In this document: piece by piece, positions 30,191-43,026 of the stretch
Layout of the letters: every line of letters starts with the position of its first letter
Numbering within the stretch: position 1 is the stretch's first letter
From: Octopus vulgaris
Taxonomy: Eukaryota
Direction of reading: 5' to 3'
Assembly (NCBI GenBank): GCA_951406725.2
Contig: OX597828.1
Coordinates: 73,470,001-73,534,000, forward strand
DNA length: 64,000 nt
Made by a program: the position numbers and the translations under genes
Notes under the pieces: model-generated
Told to the model about the DNA's origin: nothing
Database searches by the model: none
The model's input: only the letters and a program-made list of their open reading frames with translations

Positions 30191-30377
30191 GGGTGAGTTT
30201 ACGAAAAAAACAAAAGACGTAGACAGGTGGTGTACAAAACAAACAGATGTATTAGTATAACGCTTAGGAATAGAAAAAGTCTTTTACGTTTCGAACCTAC
30301 GCTCTTCTACAGAAAGGGACACAGAAAAAACAAGGAGAGAAAGCAATATGTGTAGAGGCTAACGATCTATCATGACG
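30191..30377 (-). mobile_element. short (TA)n-flanked element carrying a U6 hammerhead-like motif
   Basis: Homologous to 7196-7375. (TA)n on both sides. Confidence 0.65.
30281..30316 (-). ncRNA. minimal type I hammerhead-like motif with non-canonical core CUGUAGA
   Basis: CTTT-CTGTAGA-A-GAGC gtag GTTC-GAAA-CG-TA-AAAG. Stem I CTTT/AAAG, palindromic stem III ACGT, GUA triplet. Confidence 0.6.
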
Positions 30378-30472
<95 letters not shown>

Positions 30473-30741
30473 TTGTATGTATGTATGCATGTGTGTATGT
30501 GTGTGTGTGTGCCTCTTTGTGTTTGCGCTTGTCCTTCATCACTAGTGTTCTTCACAAGCGGTGTTGGTTTCATTGCGTTCGGCAATGAAGCTGCGAGCAA
30601 TGAATCCAGCAGTTCGGCAATAGGGACCGATAGGATGAGTACTACTTGGTCGATCAAACCCCTAAACGCGGTGCCCCAGCATGGCTGCACTCCAATGTCT
30701 GAAACAAGTGGACATAAACACACACATACACACATATTCAC

Positions 30742-31679
30742 AGACCGAGGCTAGGCGAATGGCATCGAGAGTGCCGCCTGGCTTTCAAGCAACTCTGCCG
30801 TCCGGGACCAAACTTGTGCGACTTCAATTCCACAAATGCGCTCTATAGAGGATTAGTGGAGGGGAGGTGCAAGAACTTTCTCGAGCAGAATCTGGGCGTC
30901 GACAAGGAACACCTGACCCGCCTGTTCAGAATAACTTTCGGGCCGGTACTTATGGACAAAAGGCGGCGAGCTGGCAGAAACGTTAGCACGCCGGGTGAAA
31001 TGCGTAGCCGTATTTCGTCTGCCGTTACGTTCTGAGTTCAAATTCCGCCGAGGTTGACTTTGCCTTTGACTTTGCCTTTCATCCTTTCGGGATCGATAAA
31101 TTAAGCACCGGTTACGCACTGGGGTCGATGTAATCGACTTAATACCTATGTCTGTCCTTGTTTGTCCCCTCTATGTTTAGCCCCTTGTGGGTAATAAAGA
31201 AATAGGTACTTATGGACAATTACCAGGAATCCCTGGCCTGGCAGTGCTATCGAGAAGCATTACCCGTTCGGGATAAGCTCTACAGCCACGGTTCGTGTCT
31301 CACCGGACCGACTTGCCCAAGATGCTGTCAGAGCGACGGAACCGTTCTGCACGCGCTCGTGCAGTGTCCAACCATTTTGGACTTGTGAGCTTATGCCGAA
31401 CGGCTGCTGTCACGTGTGAGACGAGTCCGCTTCTCGGCCGAGTCTATCGTGGCAATTGCTCCGCCACCTTCCCTTAACCTGGAAGGCAAGGCAGTCTTCA
31501 TCGTACTGGTGGCCATGGTGAAAGAATGTGTGTGGTGAACTCGAGCGAAAGGATTAGAGACAAACACTTACCTCTCTGGCCAATCGCTCATCAACTTTTC
31601 AAGTACCAATTGAAAAGGAAGGTGAGAATGGAGAGGCAAGTTTTGTCTCGTGAAAATTCCCATAAAATGTGGGTGAATG

Positions 31680-31680
<1 letters not shown>
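30742..31680 (+). mobile_element. Tx1/L1 ORF2 fragment (decayed; close relative of 13987-15713), interrupted by a SINE
   Basis: GEWHRECRLAFKQLCRPG, DFNSTNALYRGLVEGR, SLAWQCYREALPVRDKLY. Ends at WVNV and runs into (AGAT)n. Confidence 0.85.
30960..31204 (+). mobile_element. full-length SINE family 1 with 15-bp TSD
   Basis: TSD GGTACTTATGGACAA at 30945-30959 and 31205-31219. Confidence 0.92.
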
Positions 31681-31766
<86 letters not shown>

Positions 31767-32114
31767 ATAGGTATAGATAGACACACATTTACAGTTCCCT
31801 ATGTACATCTTGATATCACAATCGTAATACTGCGAAACTGAATACATTAACCGAAATCTACTGAGCAAGGTGGCTCAATGCTTGAAGCAATTTTGTACCG
31901 ACGCATGCGCCGACGGGTGGCATGCTTGAGATGGAGGTTTCTTACCCGTTGTGCTGCGAATCAGGTGAATGACCTCCACATCAAATAATAACAACCACGA
32001 CAAAATCGTAGATTAGCAAAACAATTTAAAACTACAGAGAAAAATATGTCCAATAATCAAAATAATGATAATAATAATGCTAATAATAATAATAACAATA
32101 ATAATAACAATAAT

Positions 32115-32191
<77 letters not shown>

Positions 32192-32414
32192 CAATAATAA
32201 TAATAATAATGAGCGAAACTGCTCATTAACTTTGAAAATGACGAAAACAATGTCAAAAACAATGATGTCGTCATGTAGGTGGTTGCAGAGAATGCTAGAA
32301 ATGTCAGTTAAATCTCACTGAAATCGGAATTATCATTTTGTAATTGGAATATAATAATGGTTTTCAAAAACGCGTATAGCTGGTAGTTATAGTTCAATAT
32401 TTCTTGTTATACAC

Positions 32415-32730
32415 GTGAAGGCTTAGTGATGAGGTTATTCTGCTCATGATCTTACGATTGTAAGTTCGGTTCCCGGCAACGCATTGTGTCATTGAAGATG
32501 GCGCTTGATTTCGTATTCCTTCAATCAACTTAGCTGGTAACAATGAGTTGTACCAGTAATTCAAAGGGGCCAGCCTTCTCATATTCTGCGTCAGATTGTG
32601 TATCCTCCTGCAAATTACGTTAAGGATACGCTTGTCTGTGGTGTGCTCAGTCACTTGCGCGTTAATTTCACGAGCAAGCTGTTCCGTTGATCGGATCAAC
32701 TGGAGAACTTGTCGTCGTAACCGACTGAGT
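32415..32730 (+). mobile_element. SINE family 5 (degenerate)
   Basis: GTGCTCAGTCACTTGCGCGTTAATTTCACGAGCAAGCTGTTCCGTTGAT, shared in reverse orientation with 61856-62075. Confidence 0.65.
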
Positions 32731-32919
32731 TAGAGTTTGATATTTTTTTTTTTTGGTTTTTGCCGTACGTCTGTTGGATCAGAATCTGGGGTCAAAAGCA
32801 AGAAGAATGAGAAAGATGAATGACCTTTGTAACATAGGTACAAGGCTTGAAATTGTCGATATACGTATTGCATTGACTTATTTCATCGACCACGTATGTG
32901 CTTACACAGATAGACAGAC

Positions 32920-32995
<76 letters not shown>

Positions 32996-33149
32996 TGATG
33001 ATAGATAGACAGACAGACAGCAGACAGGCAGATAGATAAATAGATAGATATATCAGAGTTTTACAAAACAGTATGTGCTCAATAGAGTATGTGGGAAGGA
33101 AATTTTGATCATGGGTGGGACCAATTTCAATAGGAGTGTCTTCAACATC

Positions 33150-33203
<54 letters not shown>

Positions 33204-33916
33204 TGTGAGGCAGCGAGCTGGCAGGAGACCTTTCGCACTCCCGAGCAAAATGCTTCGCGGCATTTCGTAACTAAGTACCGTATGACATTTAATTAGTTTT
33301 TCCTCGTTGTCAATGTTGTTGTTGTTGTTCGGTTGGGTGGTAGTGGGGTTAATCCCGTAACTGAATAGTTCGAAGAGATTTTCGATCAATCAAAATCATT
33401 CCAGAGACGACCATCTCTCCTAACATAGTGTTGCTAAGCAAACATCAACCTCGTTTATATTTACATGTCAGTTAACGTAGGATTTCGAGGACAGTTTGGC
33501 TGCTATTTCTACCACTTTACTCGACCCCATATCAACTCCCTCTCTGTCTCGTTTATCCATATATCTCCTTCCCCCTTCTCTCTTCCCTTTCTATTTCTCC
33601 TTCTCCCCCTCTCTCTACCCCCCTCTCTCCCCTATACTTCTTTTTTCAACTTTGACATTTCAATTGAATCATCTTTAAAATTCTATTTCCAGAACCAAAC
33701 TTTTCCAATATTTTCCTGCAAAGATATCAATTCCAAATAACTTTAACTGTTCTCCTGCACTTACTGCACCTATGTCTGCTGCTGCTGCTGCTGCTGTTGC
33801 TGTTGCTCTTTGTATTATTGTTCTTGTTGTTGCAGTTCTTTTTCAGCTTCTCTTTATATTTAGTATTTTACATTGTAATCTTTTCGCTCCACACCATTTT
33901 GTTCTCCTTTTACTTC

Positions 33917-33954
<38 letters not shown>

Positions 33955-34691
33955 CATCATCATCATCAACAAATTTTTCTCCCTTTTCTTCTTCTTTTTC
34001 ATCATTTCCACCACCACCACCACCGACACCAACACCAACACCATCATCATCATCACAATCATCATGTTCTCATCCTCATCCTAGTTGTGACATCTTCGCC
34101 TCACCTTTATTTATTTACCATTTAAGAGTCACAGAAAAAATGCTATCCGTTCACGACCTATTAGAAATGGTAGCGGAACCTCCCTCACATCTTACTCTAC
34201 TTTTCTCTCAAAGGAATTGAAACTCTAGACAATGGCATACTATCTGTCGTTAAACAGCCGGAATGGTCATGCACAGAACGTCTTTAATCATATGCTTTGT
34301 CAATCCACATTTACCAAGCAACCCAGAAATAACTAAGTAGTAGTAGTGGCAGAAGCAGCAGCAGTACTATTAATATGAGAGGAAGAAGAATTACCGCCAG
34401 TCATTTATTTCCAACGCTCTACCGATTCTATACCTTCTGACACAGCATAAAGCTGGACATTTGGGAGAAGGGAATGGTCAAGGATATCGACCATAATATT
34501 TTACTGACACATTATTTTATCGATACCGTGCGAATAAATGGCTAACTTAGTTCTGGTAAGATTTGAACGCAGAACATAAGGAATTGGAACAAATACAGCT
34601 GAGCAGTTTCTCCGGCACTCTAACATTTTCACCATTTCACCGCCTGTATTTTACTAAAAGAAAAGAAAATTTAAAAATAAATGTAGATACA

Positions 34692-35000
34692 AGGCGGTGA
34701 GTTAGCAGAACCGTTGGCACACCGGACAAAATGATTAACGGTATTTCGTCTGTCGTTACGTTGTGAGTTCAAATTCCGCCGAGGTCGACTTTGCCTTTTA
34801 TCCTTTCGGGGTCGATAAATTAAGCACCAGTTACGCACTGGGGTCGATGTAATCGACTTAATCCGTTTGTCTGTCCTTGTTTGTCCACTCTATGTTTAAC
34901 CCCTTGTGGGTAGTAAAGAAATAGGTATTTCGTCGGTTTTTACGTTCTGAGTTCAAATCACACCGAGGTTGATTTATTTTCGCATTCGAGGTCGACTTTG
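34692..35000 (+). mobile_element. SINE family 1 plus partial second unit
   Basis: Same AAAGAAATA|GGTATTTCGTC junction at 34924. Confidence 0.8.
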
Positions 35001-35377
35001 CCGGATATTAATTCATTCGCTCCATCAAACTGACACTGCCTGCGCATGCGCACGGTGGGCCACACGTTAGATGTCGATGTGATCGCAGAGCAAGGTAAAA
35101 TAAAGTGTTTTGTTCTAGAACATAACACATATCCAGGTCTAAGTATCGAAACCATGATGTTTTGAGTAGCACGCTAACCACTAAGCCACGCGCCATCAAT
35201 ACTGCTTACAAGCAGAGTAAATAAAATGAACAACAAAAAGGACATTACTGGAGGAACTAAGTTTGGAGAAACAAGATATTATCTGAACGCGTTAATGGAA
35301 AGAGAAAAAGACATAACGCTTTGGATATTAGCCCTTCATCAGCAGAAAAATGAGCACAGGACAACTTTTGTAATATA

Positions 35378-35748
35378 CAGGGTGATTCAAAAGCCACCAT
35401 ACATAGGAAAAAATTATTTTTTTATAAGAGACAGTTTATAAAATCCCCTAGATCCCCCGATGTGACCCCTCTTGATTTCTATCTTTGGGGCCATGTGAAA
35501 GGCATGGTGTATCGCAGAAAGATAGAAGACATAAATCATTTGAAGGAGCGCATCACCAACTCATTTGCACACGTATCACCAGATGTGCTATTACGAGTTC
35601 ACAATGAGTTGGGTAAACATATTGCAATGTGTATTCGAAACAAGGGTAACCATACAGAGCCTGTTAAGTAAAAGAAAACTGTTCTTATAAACTGTTTCTT
35701 ATAAAAAGATAAATTCTTCTTATGTATGGTGACATTTGTATCACCCTG
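35378..35748 (+). mobile_element. internally deleted Tc1/mariner-superfamily element
   Basis: TA flanks, ~65-bp imperfect TIRs (CAGGGTGATTCAAAAGCCACCATACATA / TATGTATGGTGACATTTGTATCACCCTG), and a transposase C-terminus SPDVTPLDFYLWGHVKGMVY. Confidence 0.85.
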
Positions 35749-36251
35749 TAGACACAAGATTTGAAATTATGAAGGCGTACTCGATATATGTACTTCATTG
35801 GCTATTTCACATATGTATGTATGTATGGAAGCACAGCCAAACGCGGCGAAATTTGAACTCAGAACCTAAAGAGCTTGTTATTTCTATGAAAAAGTGATGT
35901 AGCCAATGAGAAGGAAAAAAAAAAGAAAGGAATGATGAGTTAGAAATCAGGTGGAAAGTTTGTTGTGTGGGGGTGGTTAAGAAGAGAGGAAGCCACAGGC
36001 GTGTATGTGCCATTTTTTAAATGAGATTTTATCTGTGTCTGGAAGGTAACATAAATGGTGTAGTGATACGTGAGTGCAAGCGATGGAGTATAGTGCGATG
36101 AAGGATGCTGGTGTGTGTAACTGTTATGGAAGCGGATTGAAAGCGCGCGTGGGGAGGGGTAGGAATGAGTGTGTGTTTGAGGGAAACCATTGTGTAGTAA
36201 ATGAGACAGCAAGGTATTATACAGGTGAGTGCAAGTATTATGACAAAATTA

Positions 36252-36803
36252 CGAGGGTGAGTCAAAAACTAACGCCATTTTGTTTAGGTCAGGTATAATT
36301 ATCAACACAGGAACATGTATTATACATCAACATGAAGCTTATTATGAGATTATTGTTTTTCCTTTTGGCAAGAAATCGACCAGAATGACACCTTGAGTAT
36401 CCCAAAAGACAGTCACCATGATTTTTTCCAGCTGACTTTTGCATCTTGAACTTTTGCGGTGGTAGTGACGTAGAGTGGTGCCATTCCATTGACTGCCTCT
36501 TTGATTCCGGTTCATTATGATGAACCCATGTTTCATCACCTGTTACGAGCCTTCGAAAGAAGGTGTTGTCTGACTTTGTAGCGAAGAAGTGGCTCAAAGA
36601 ACAGTCAACAGAATTTTACGGGACAGGGATACATGCTCTCATTGGAAGGTGGAACATTGCTATTAAGAGAAACAGTGACAATATTGAGAAGTAGGAATGT
36701 GATCCACAGAGGACCAGCTTCATTTTGATGTATGATACATGCTCATGTGTTGATAATTATACCTGTCCTAAACAAAATGGCATTACGTTTTGACTCACCC
36801 TCG
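36252..36803. mobile_element. rearranged non-autonomous mariner
   Basis: TA flanks and ~90-bp inverted ends (CGAGGGTGAGTCAAAA...). Minus strand LVTGDETWVHHNEPESKRQSMEW; plus strand KKWLKEQSTEFYGTGIHALIGRWN...NIEK*. Confidence 0.85.
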
Positions 36804-36963
36804 TATGTAAGAGTGCGAAACAATTATTTATCAAAGAGTGAAGTTTGAAACTAAAATACGAAAAGGAGAGAAAAGGGAGAATAATGTATGAATTCTATTA
36901 AGAGAGCAAAAGTCAACGGCATATCTATATGTTTGTGTTTGTGTGAGTGTATACGTTTATAAT

Positions 36964-37016
<53 letters not shown>

Positions 37017-37363
37017 AATACAAAATCTTAATGGAACTGTTTCAATGAGAAAACAAGATTCATAAAACAAGGAGTTACAATGATGAATTAACAAAGTTTT
37101 ATTCTATGACATTTATAATTTATGAGTTTTTTTTTTAAAAAAAGGCAGTAACAAAAAGTACAAAAAAAACAAAACAAAAAATATAATGAAATAACCGGAT
37201 TCTGCAAGCGTCAACATCATCGCTATCGCCATTACTGGCACCAACATCGAAAACACCAACACCACCACCACCACAGACGAGAAATCTATAAAATTCATCT
37301 TTCATTTCAAACGCTATTCTCTGAGCATATTCAAATCCATTATCATTATTATCATTATTATCA

Positions 37364-37427
<64 letters not shown>

Positions 37428-37462
37428 CATTATTATCATCATTATTATTATTATTATTATTA

Positions 37463-37544
<82 letters not shown>

Positions 37545-37908
37545 CATCATCATCATCATCATCATTTATCCCACACCGTTTTGTATCAGTTAGCAAAAGT
37601 TGGTTTCCTTATAAATTATAATTGAATTCAAAGATGTCGTAAAAGATCCAGCAAATATTTCTAAATATCTCAATTTAATTAAATGTTCTTCTTCAAAAAT
37701 GACCTTGCCTTGCAATATTTCGTTGTCATTTGTTATTTTAGTATATTCTCTGTATATATGTTTCAGTTCTCTTATATTTTGTCATACGGCATGTTATTGT
37801 ATTTTATCTATGTTTACTTTTTCTGTTCTTTACCATATTTAAATCAATGATAATAATAATAATAATGATAATAATATTGTTATTTCTATTAGTTATTATT
37901 GTCATTGT

Positions 37909-37965
<57 letters not shown>

Positions 37966-37999
37966 TATTATCATCATCATTTACAAGTATTACTATTGC

Positions 38000-38039
<40 letters not shown>

Positions 38040-38069
38040 AATCATAATAATAATAATAATAATCATAAC

Positions 38070-38140
<71 letters not shown>

Positions 38141-38985
38141 TGATAAAAATAATAATAAAAATAATAATAATAATAATGATAATAATAATAATAATAGCAA
38201 TGATAATAATAGCAACAACAACATCAGCAAATGTAATATATCAATAATTGAATATAAATTGTACTGTCACCGAAAATTTCGTTTGTTTAGGATTACAATG
38301 TGAAAAATACAGCTGCTGTTTTGGTGTTTTTGCTTAACTTGTGCTGAACATTGATTGCGTTGTTGTTTTACACTCTGAAGCAATAATATGCACGCAGTGC
38401 TGCCTCCGTCTCTCACTGATTACTAAATAGAGTTTTCTCAAGCAGATATCCCATTTTATCAAATAAAAATTCTATGATTGCTGAATATAATTGCTCATGC
38501 CTTACAGCTTTATGTTTTCTAGATTATTGAGCCAGAGTTCAGTTCTAAAATTAAGGCCGTTCGATTTCTGCTTTCCACTATTTTAAGCCGGCTGTTATGG
38601 TAAACAGCGCAGTGCATCAGGTCAGCATTCGGTGAATCGGATTACTGACGCGGTTTCAGTTCGCAATGAGAGTAAGTTTTCTTCTGTTCAACGATTGTTG
38701 TACATTTTGTAAATTCCTCGGTTCTTAAGGTACACAACTAACTGAACCATTAGTGCGGGGAAGCAAAAATGTGTTTAGGTTCTGAGTTCAAATTCGTAGT
38801 TGTGCTTTTCATCACTCTGGAAAGAATAAAATAAATTTGATCTTCGCTGTGACTTTATTTGCCTTTTATCGTTCCTTGTTGAAAAAATAAAGTACCACAT
38901 ATTTACAGACATTGAAGGTTTCGCCTTACTATTTCCGCTCAAAACTGCTGGTCTTCATGCGAAATCAGAAAATGTTCTTCTTCTT

Positions 38986-39059
<74 letters not shown>

Positions 39060-39165
39060 GATTATTATTATTATTATTATGATTATTATTATTATTATTA
39101 TTATTACTACTATTATTACTATCACTATTATTATTATTATTATCATTATTATTATTATTATTATT

Positions 39166-39480
39166 GAGTGAGAGAGCAGTGCATGCCACCAAAGTGACAC
39201 TGCGGTGAAATATGCGAACCCCAATATACCCATCATGACAACCCGTCTGATAAGGGTACACCAGGCACATGCATCACAACCATATGTACGCGACATGGTG
39301 ATCTCATATCAAGATAAACAGCACATGACCTTGCAGATGGGGCCCAGTTAGAATTTTCTTCTGGTCGAGTTGCGCATCCGGATCAAAAGGTCCTTGAATA
39401 AGAGTTGTTTAAGGATGATGAACAAGACACCCATGTTTCCAAAGGTGGATTATCCAAACCTCAAAGAATTCCTCTCAACA
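39166..39480 (-). mobile_element. 3' UTR of an R4/Dong-type LINE abutting (ATT)n
   Basis: Contains the reverse complement of GAGATCACCAT...CATATGGTTGTGATGCATG, which is seen downstream of the REL ORF at 59270-59308. Confidence 0.5.
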
Positions 39481-39484
39481 CAAC

Positions 39485-39770
39485 AACCTCTTTCGCCACA
39501 GCCACCAGTCAAAGGAAGACTGCCTTGCCTGCCCGATTGAAGGAAGGCAGCTGGGCGATCATACTACTGACTTGGCTGAAGGACGAATCCGTCCCACACG
39601 TGATCACAAGCCAGCAATGCCCGGACACTGAACGAGGGCGTGCAGAAAAGTCTCTTCACTCTGTGTGCAGTTCGGACAAACCCGGCTGACAACACATCCG
39701 TATCTGTAGACTCTATCCCGACCGGTAGTACCCCCCACCGTAGCACTGCCAGGCCAAGGACATCTGGAAA
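39485..39770 (-). mobile_element. Tx1/L1 ORF2 fragment
   Basis: Colinear with 14590-14870 (GCACTGCCAGGCCA; LAWQCY...LPVG; HALVQCP). Confidence 0.7.
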
Positions 39771-39774
39771 TTAA

Positions 39775-41400
39775 CTAGTTTTTTGGAAGGTTGGTTTCGT
39801 TATTCTTTGGGAGTAGGTAAGTAATACCACTTGCTAACCATTCAGGTGTTTTCTTTAGGTCTCTTATAATTCTATTGAGCAGCTGAACTAGCTTACCGTG
39901 TGCGCATGGGAGCGATGCGAGCCAGAAATTCGGCACCCTATCTTTACCGGGGGATTTCCAATTATGGGCCTTCGTGAGTGCCTTTCTTAGGTCTGCTATT
40001 GTGATATCTTCCCATGCTTGTTGTTGTAAATTTTGGTAGGATCCTTCTGTTTGTATAATCCAGTCTGCATTTATGTTGTACGTCTTCTTGTCACTCCAAA
40101 TCCTTTTCCAAAAGTGTTGAACTTCTTCCATGGGAGCGGGGTCTTTAACGGTTACTTTCTCCTTCCCTATTTCTCTGTAGAATTTTTTGCCATTGGATGT
40201 GAACAGCTTATTTTGCTTGTAAAACTTGTTTCTCTTCTCAAAACTTCGTATTCTTTGGGCTTTTGCTTGGACTTTTTGTTTCAGCGTTTCTTTTATTGAT
40301 ATCAGTTCTTCTCTTGGTGAGGATCCAAATTTTCTCTTCGTCTTTCTTCCTGTTCTGGATCTTACATCATTTCCACATATTAGTTCATTTAATATTGATA
40401 TTTCCCCTCCCATAAATTCAATCTCTTTTTCAATTTTACTTCTCCAGGTTTGATTTCTTCCCAGGTTTTGTTTTCTTTGTTTTTTCGAGGGGAATACAGC
40501 TGGTTTCAATTGCCCTAGCAGAAGCGTAAATAATTTCATTTAACTCAGTAAAATCAGGTTTTAATTTTTGTATTATTTCATTTGTTACATAGTTGCCAAT
40601 TTGGATTTGTTTTTATTTTGGTTTGTATTTGAGAGTTTATGAAGTGGTTCTCTATCATTCATACTTGTATGTCTTACAACTTCAAGCGTATTCAGGATTT
40701 TCTGCCTCATTTCTGCCATAGACTCTCTGTGTTCTTCAGTAAATGCGAGATCTTCAGTTACTGTTGTTTTGTCATTTTCCTGGCTATCTTTAACAGGTTC
40801 AATAGAATTTCTTGTATCTTCAAGCCTTTGCGTACTTTGGTCAGATGGCAGTCTTTCAATTAAACCTCGTGGCGGGCTATACTGTTCATCTGATTCTTTA
40901 TTTCCTTTGTGTCTTATATTTATGTCATTTTCCGTTGCGTGCTTGATCGCGCTTATTTCACTGTCTGTGAGTCTGTTATTTCTAAGGATATCCCTCCTCA
41001 CATTTGCCAATTTGTTCTCGTCCAAATAAGGCCTAGTGTCTTGATTCCGTGTTCTCTATATACTGTAAGAGTTTGCGGTGTGTCTCTCTTGAGATGGCCT
41101 ACCTAATGCATAGTAATACGCGTATATTACTTCTTTATACTCTTCTTGGGTCCATTTGATCCGCTTACATTTTTCTTTCTGTGGTGGTTGTGGTGGTGAA
41201 CTTGGAGGGCTCGAGTTGGGGGATTTCCCGTTCAAGTGACCATCCATGTCCGTATTCGGAGAAGAGTTTGTGCCAGTTGATGACTTTTCGTTCCCAGGCT
41301 GGCTCTTCCCTGGGGGACGCGCTTCCAGATTTAGCATAGGACAAGCGATTTGGTATACTAATTTAGTTTTCCTTTTAGTTTCCAAAAACATTTTGGTGCT
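39775..41400 (-). mobile_element. R4/Dong-type LINE 5' half (N-terminus to start of RT), frameshifted
   Basis: KRIKWTQEEYKEV, NKLANVRRDIL, AKAQRIRSFEKR, NWKSPGKDRVPNFWL, GITYLLPK. Homologous to 50894-52600. Confidence 0.85.
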
Positions 41401-41809
41401 ACGATAATGTTATCATTTTTGAGCTTTGATTGGCTCGTGGGGAGACGACCATCATTGCCGTTACAATTATGATCGTACCATTATAGCAACCGCAACCGGC
41501 TTATTATTGCTATTATCACCATTATTATCACTATTATCATTATCACCACTGTTACTATCATCATTATCATCATCACCATCACCATCACCTTCATCAATGA
41601 TATTGTTTTATGTGTAGTCACAGCAGTATCTTATTATTGTTATTTTTGTTTTTATCTTTATCACCATCCCGGTAGTGTATGTCTGTCTCGTTGGCTGGCT
41701 GGGTGGTTGGCTGGCTGGCTGTCTCCAACGCCAGAATTCTTGCCTGTCAAATAATACTTTCATATTTGGTTAACATCTTAAGAGCCGAGGTGAGGTTTGT
41801 GTTGGCTGA

Positions 41810-41847
<38 letters not shown>

Positions 41848-41889
41848 TGTGTGTAGATAGATAGATAGATTATTATCATTATTATTATT

Positions 41890-41939
<50 letters not shown>

Positions 41940-41950
41940 TATTATTATTC

Positions 41951-42207
41951 TATGTTTGACTTTTGCTTTATATTTGTACAAGTTGGCTCCAAGTCTCACC
42001 CAGAGACCTCAAGAGACAACAGGTTGGAAGTTCATGTTGTTGTTATGCCTAGTGTGCCATATATTGGGGGGGGGGTTGTACTAATGAATGTCTAAAAAAA
42101 ACCCGAAAATTATGTTTGTTTTAAACCTTGAGATTACATAGAAAGTATTTTGCGTAGGATATGAGCAGTTCCCATGAGCACTATCTTTTGAATTTCTGCC
42201 ATTTTTT
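41951..42207 (-). mobile_element. R4/Dong LINE (family B) extreme 3' end between (ATT)n tracts
   Basis: KMAEIQKIVLMGTAHILRKILSM* plus a 3' UTR matching 55600-55870. Confidence 0.85.
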
Positions 42208-42212
42208 TTCCA

Positions 42213-42366
<154 letters not shown>

Positions 42367-42384
42367 CATTATTATTATTATTAT

Positions 42385-42767
42385 ATATGTTTGACGGATC
42401 CAAGTCTCGCCCAGATACCTCAAGAGAGTACAAGTTAGAAGTTCATGTTTGTGTTAGGCCTAGAGTGCCATATATTTGGTTTTGCACATATTATTGTTCT
42501 AGTGAGTGTTTAAGGAAAGAAAATAATGAGTTTGTTTTAAAATTTGAGATTACATAGACAGAATTTTACGTAGGATATGGGCAGTTCCCATAAGAACTAT
42601 CTTTTGAATTTCTGCCATTTTGGGGTTTCCTGGTATCTGAGCTAGGTAGGGATCAACCCCTTTTGCTATCATTCCTAGGACACCTTTGACAAGAGGTATC
42701 GTTTAGCATTGAGTTTCCACATTTTGCCAATTTCTATTTCAAGATCTTTATACTTGCTCAGTTTTTA
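42385..42767 (-). mobile_element. R4/Dong LINE (family B) 3' fragment between (ATT)n tracts
   Basis: KLSKYKDLEIEIGKMW...IPGNPKMAEIQKIVLMGTAHILRKILSM. Confidence 0.85.
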
Positions 42768-42776
42768 TTATTATTA

Positions 42777-42862
<86 letters not shown>

Positions 42863-42985
42863 ATTGTTATTGTTGTTGTTGTTGTTTTTCATATTTTATT
42901 TTTTTATTATTATTATTTTATTATCATTACTATTATTTTATTATCATTGTTATTATTATTTTTTTTATTATTGTTATTATTATTA

Positions 42986-43026
<41 letters not shown>

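Noticed and set aside
30960-31050. tRNA genes at SINE heads
   Set aside because: A/B-box-like motifs only. There is no complete cloverleaf, and they continue into SINE bodies.
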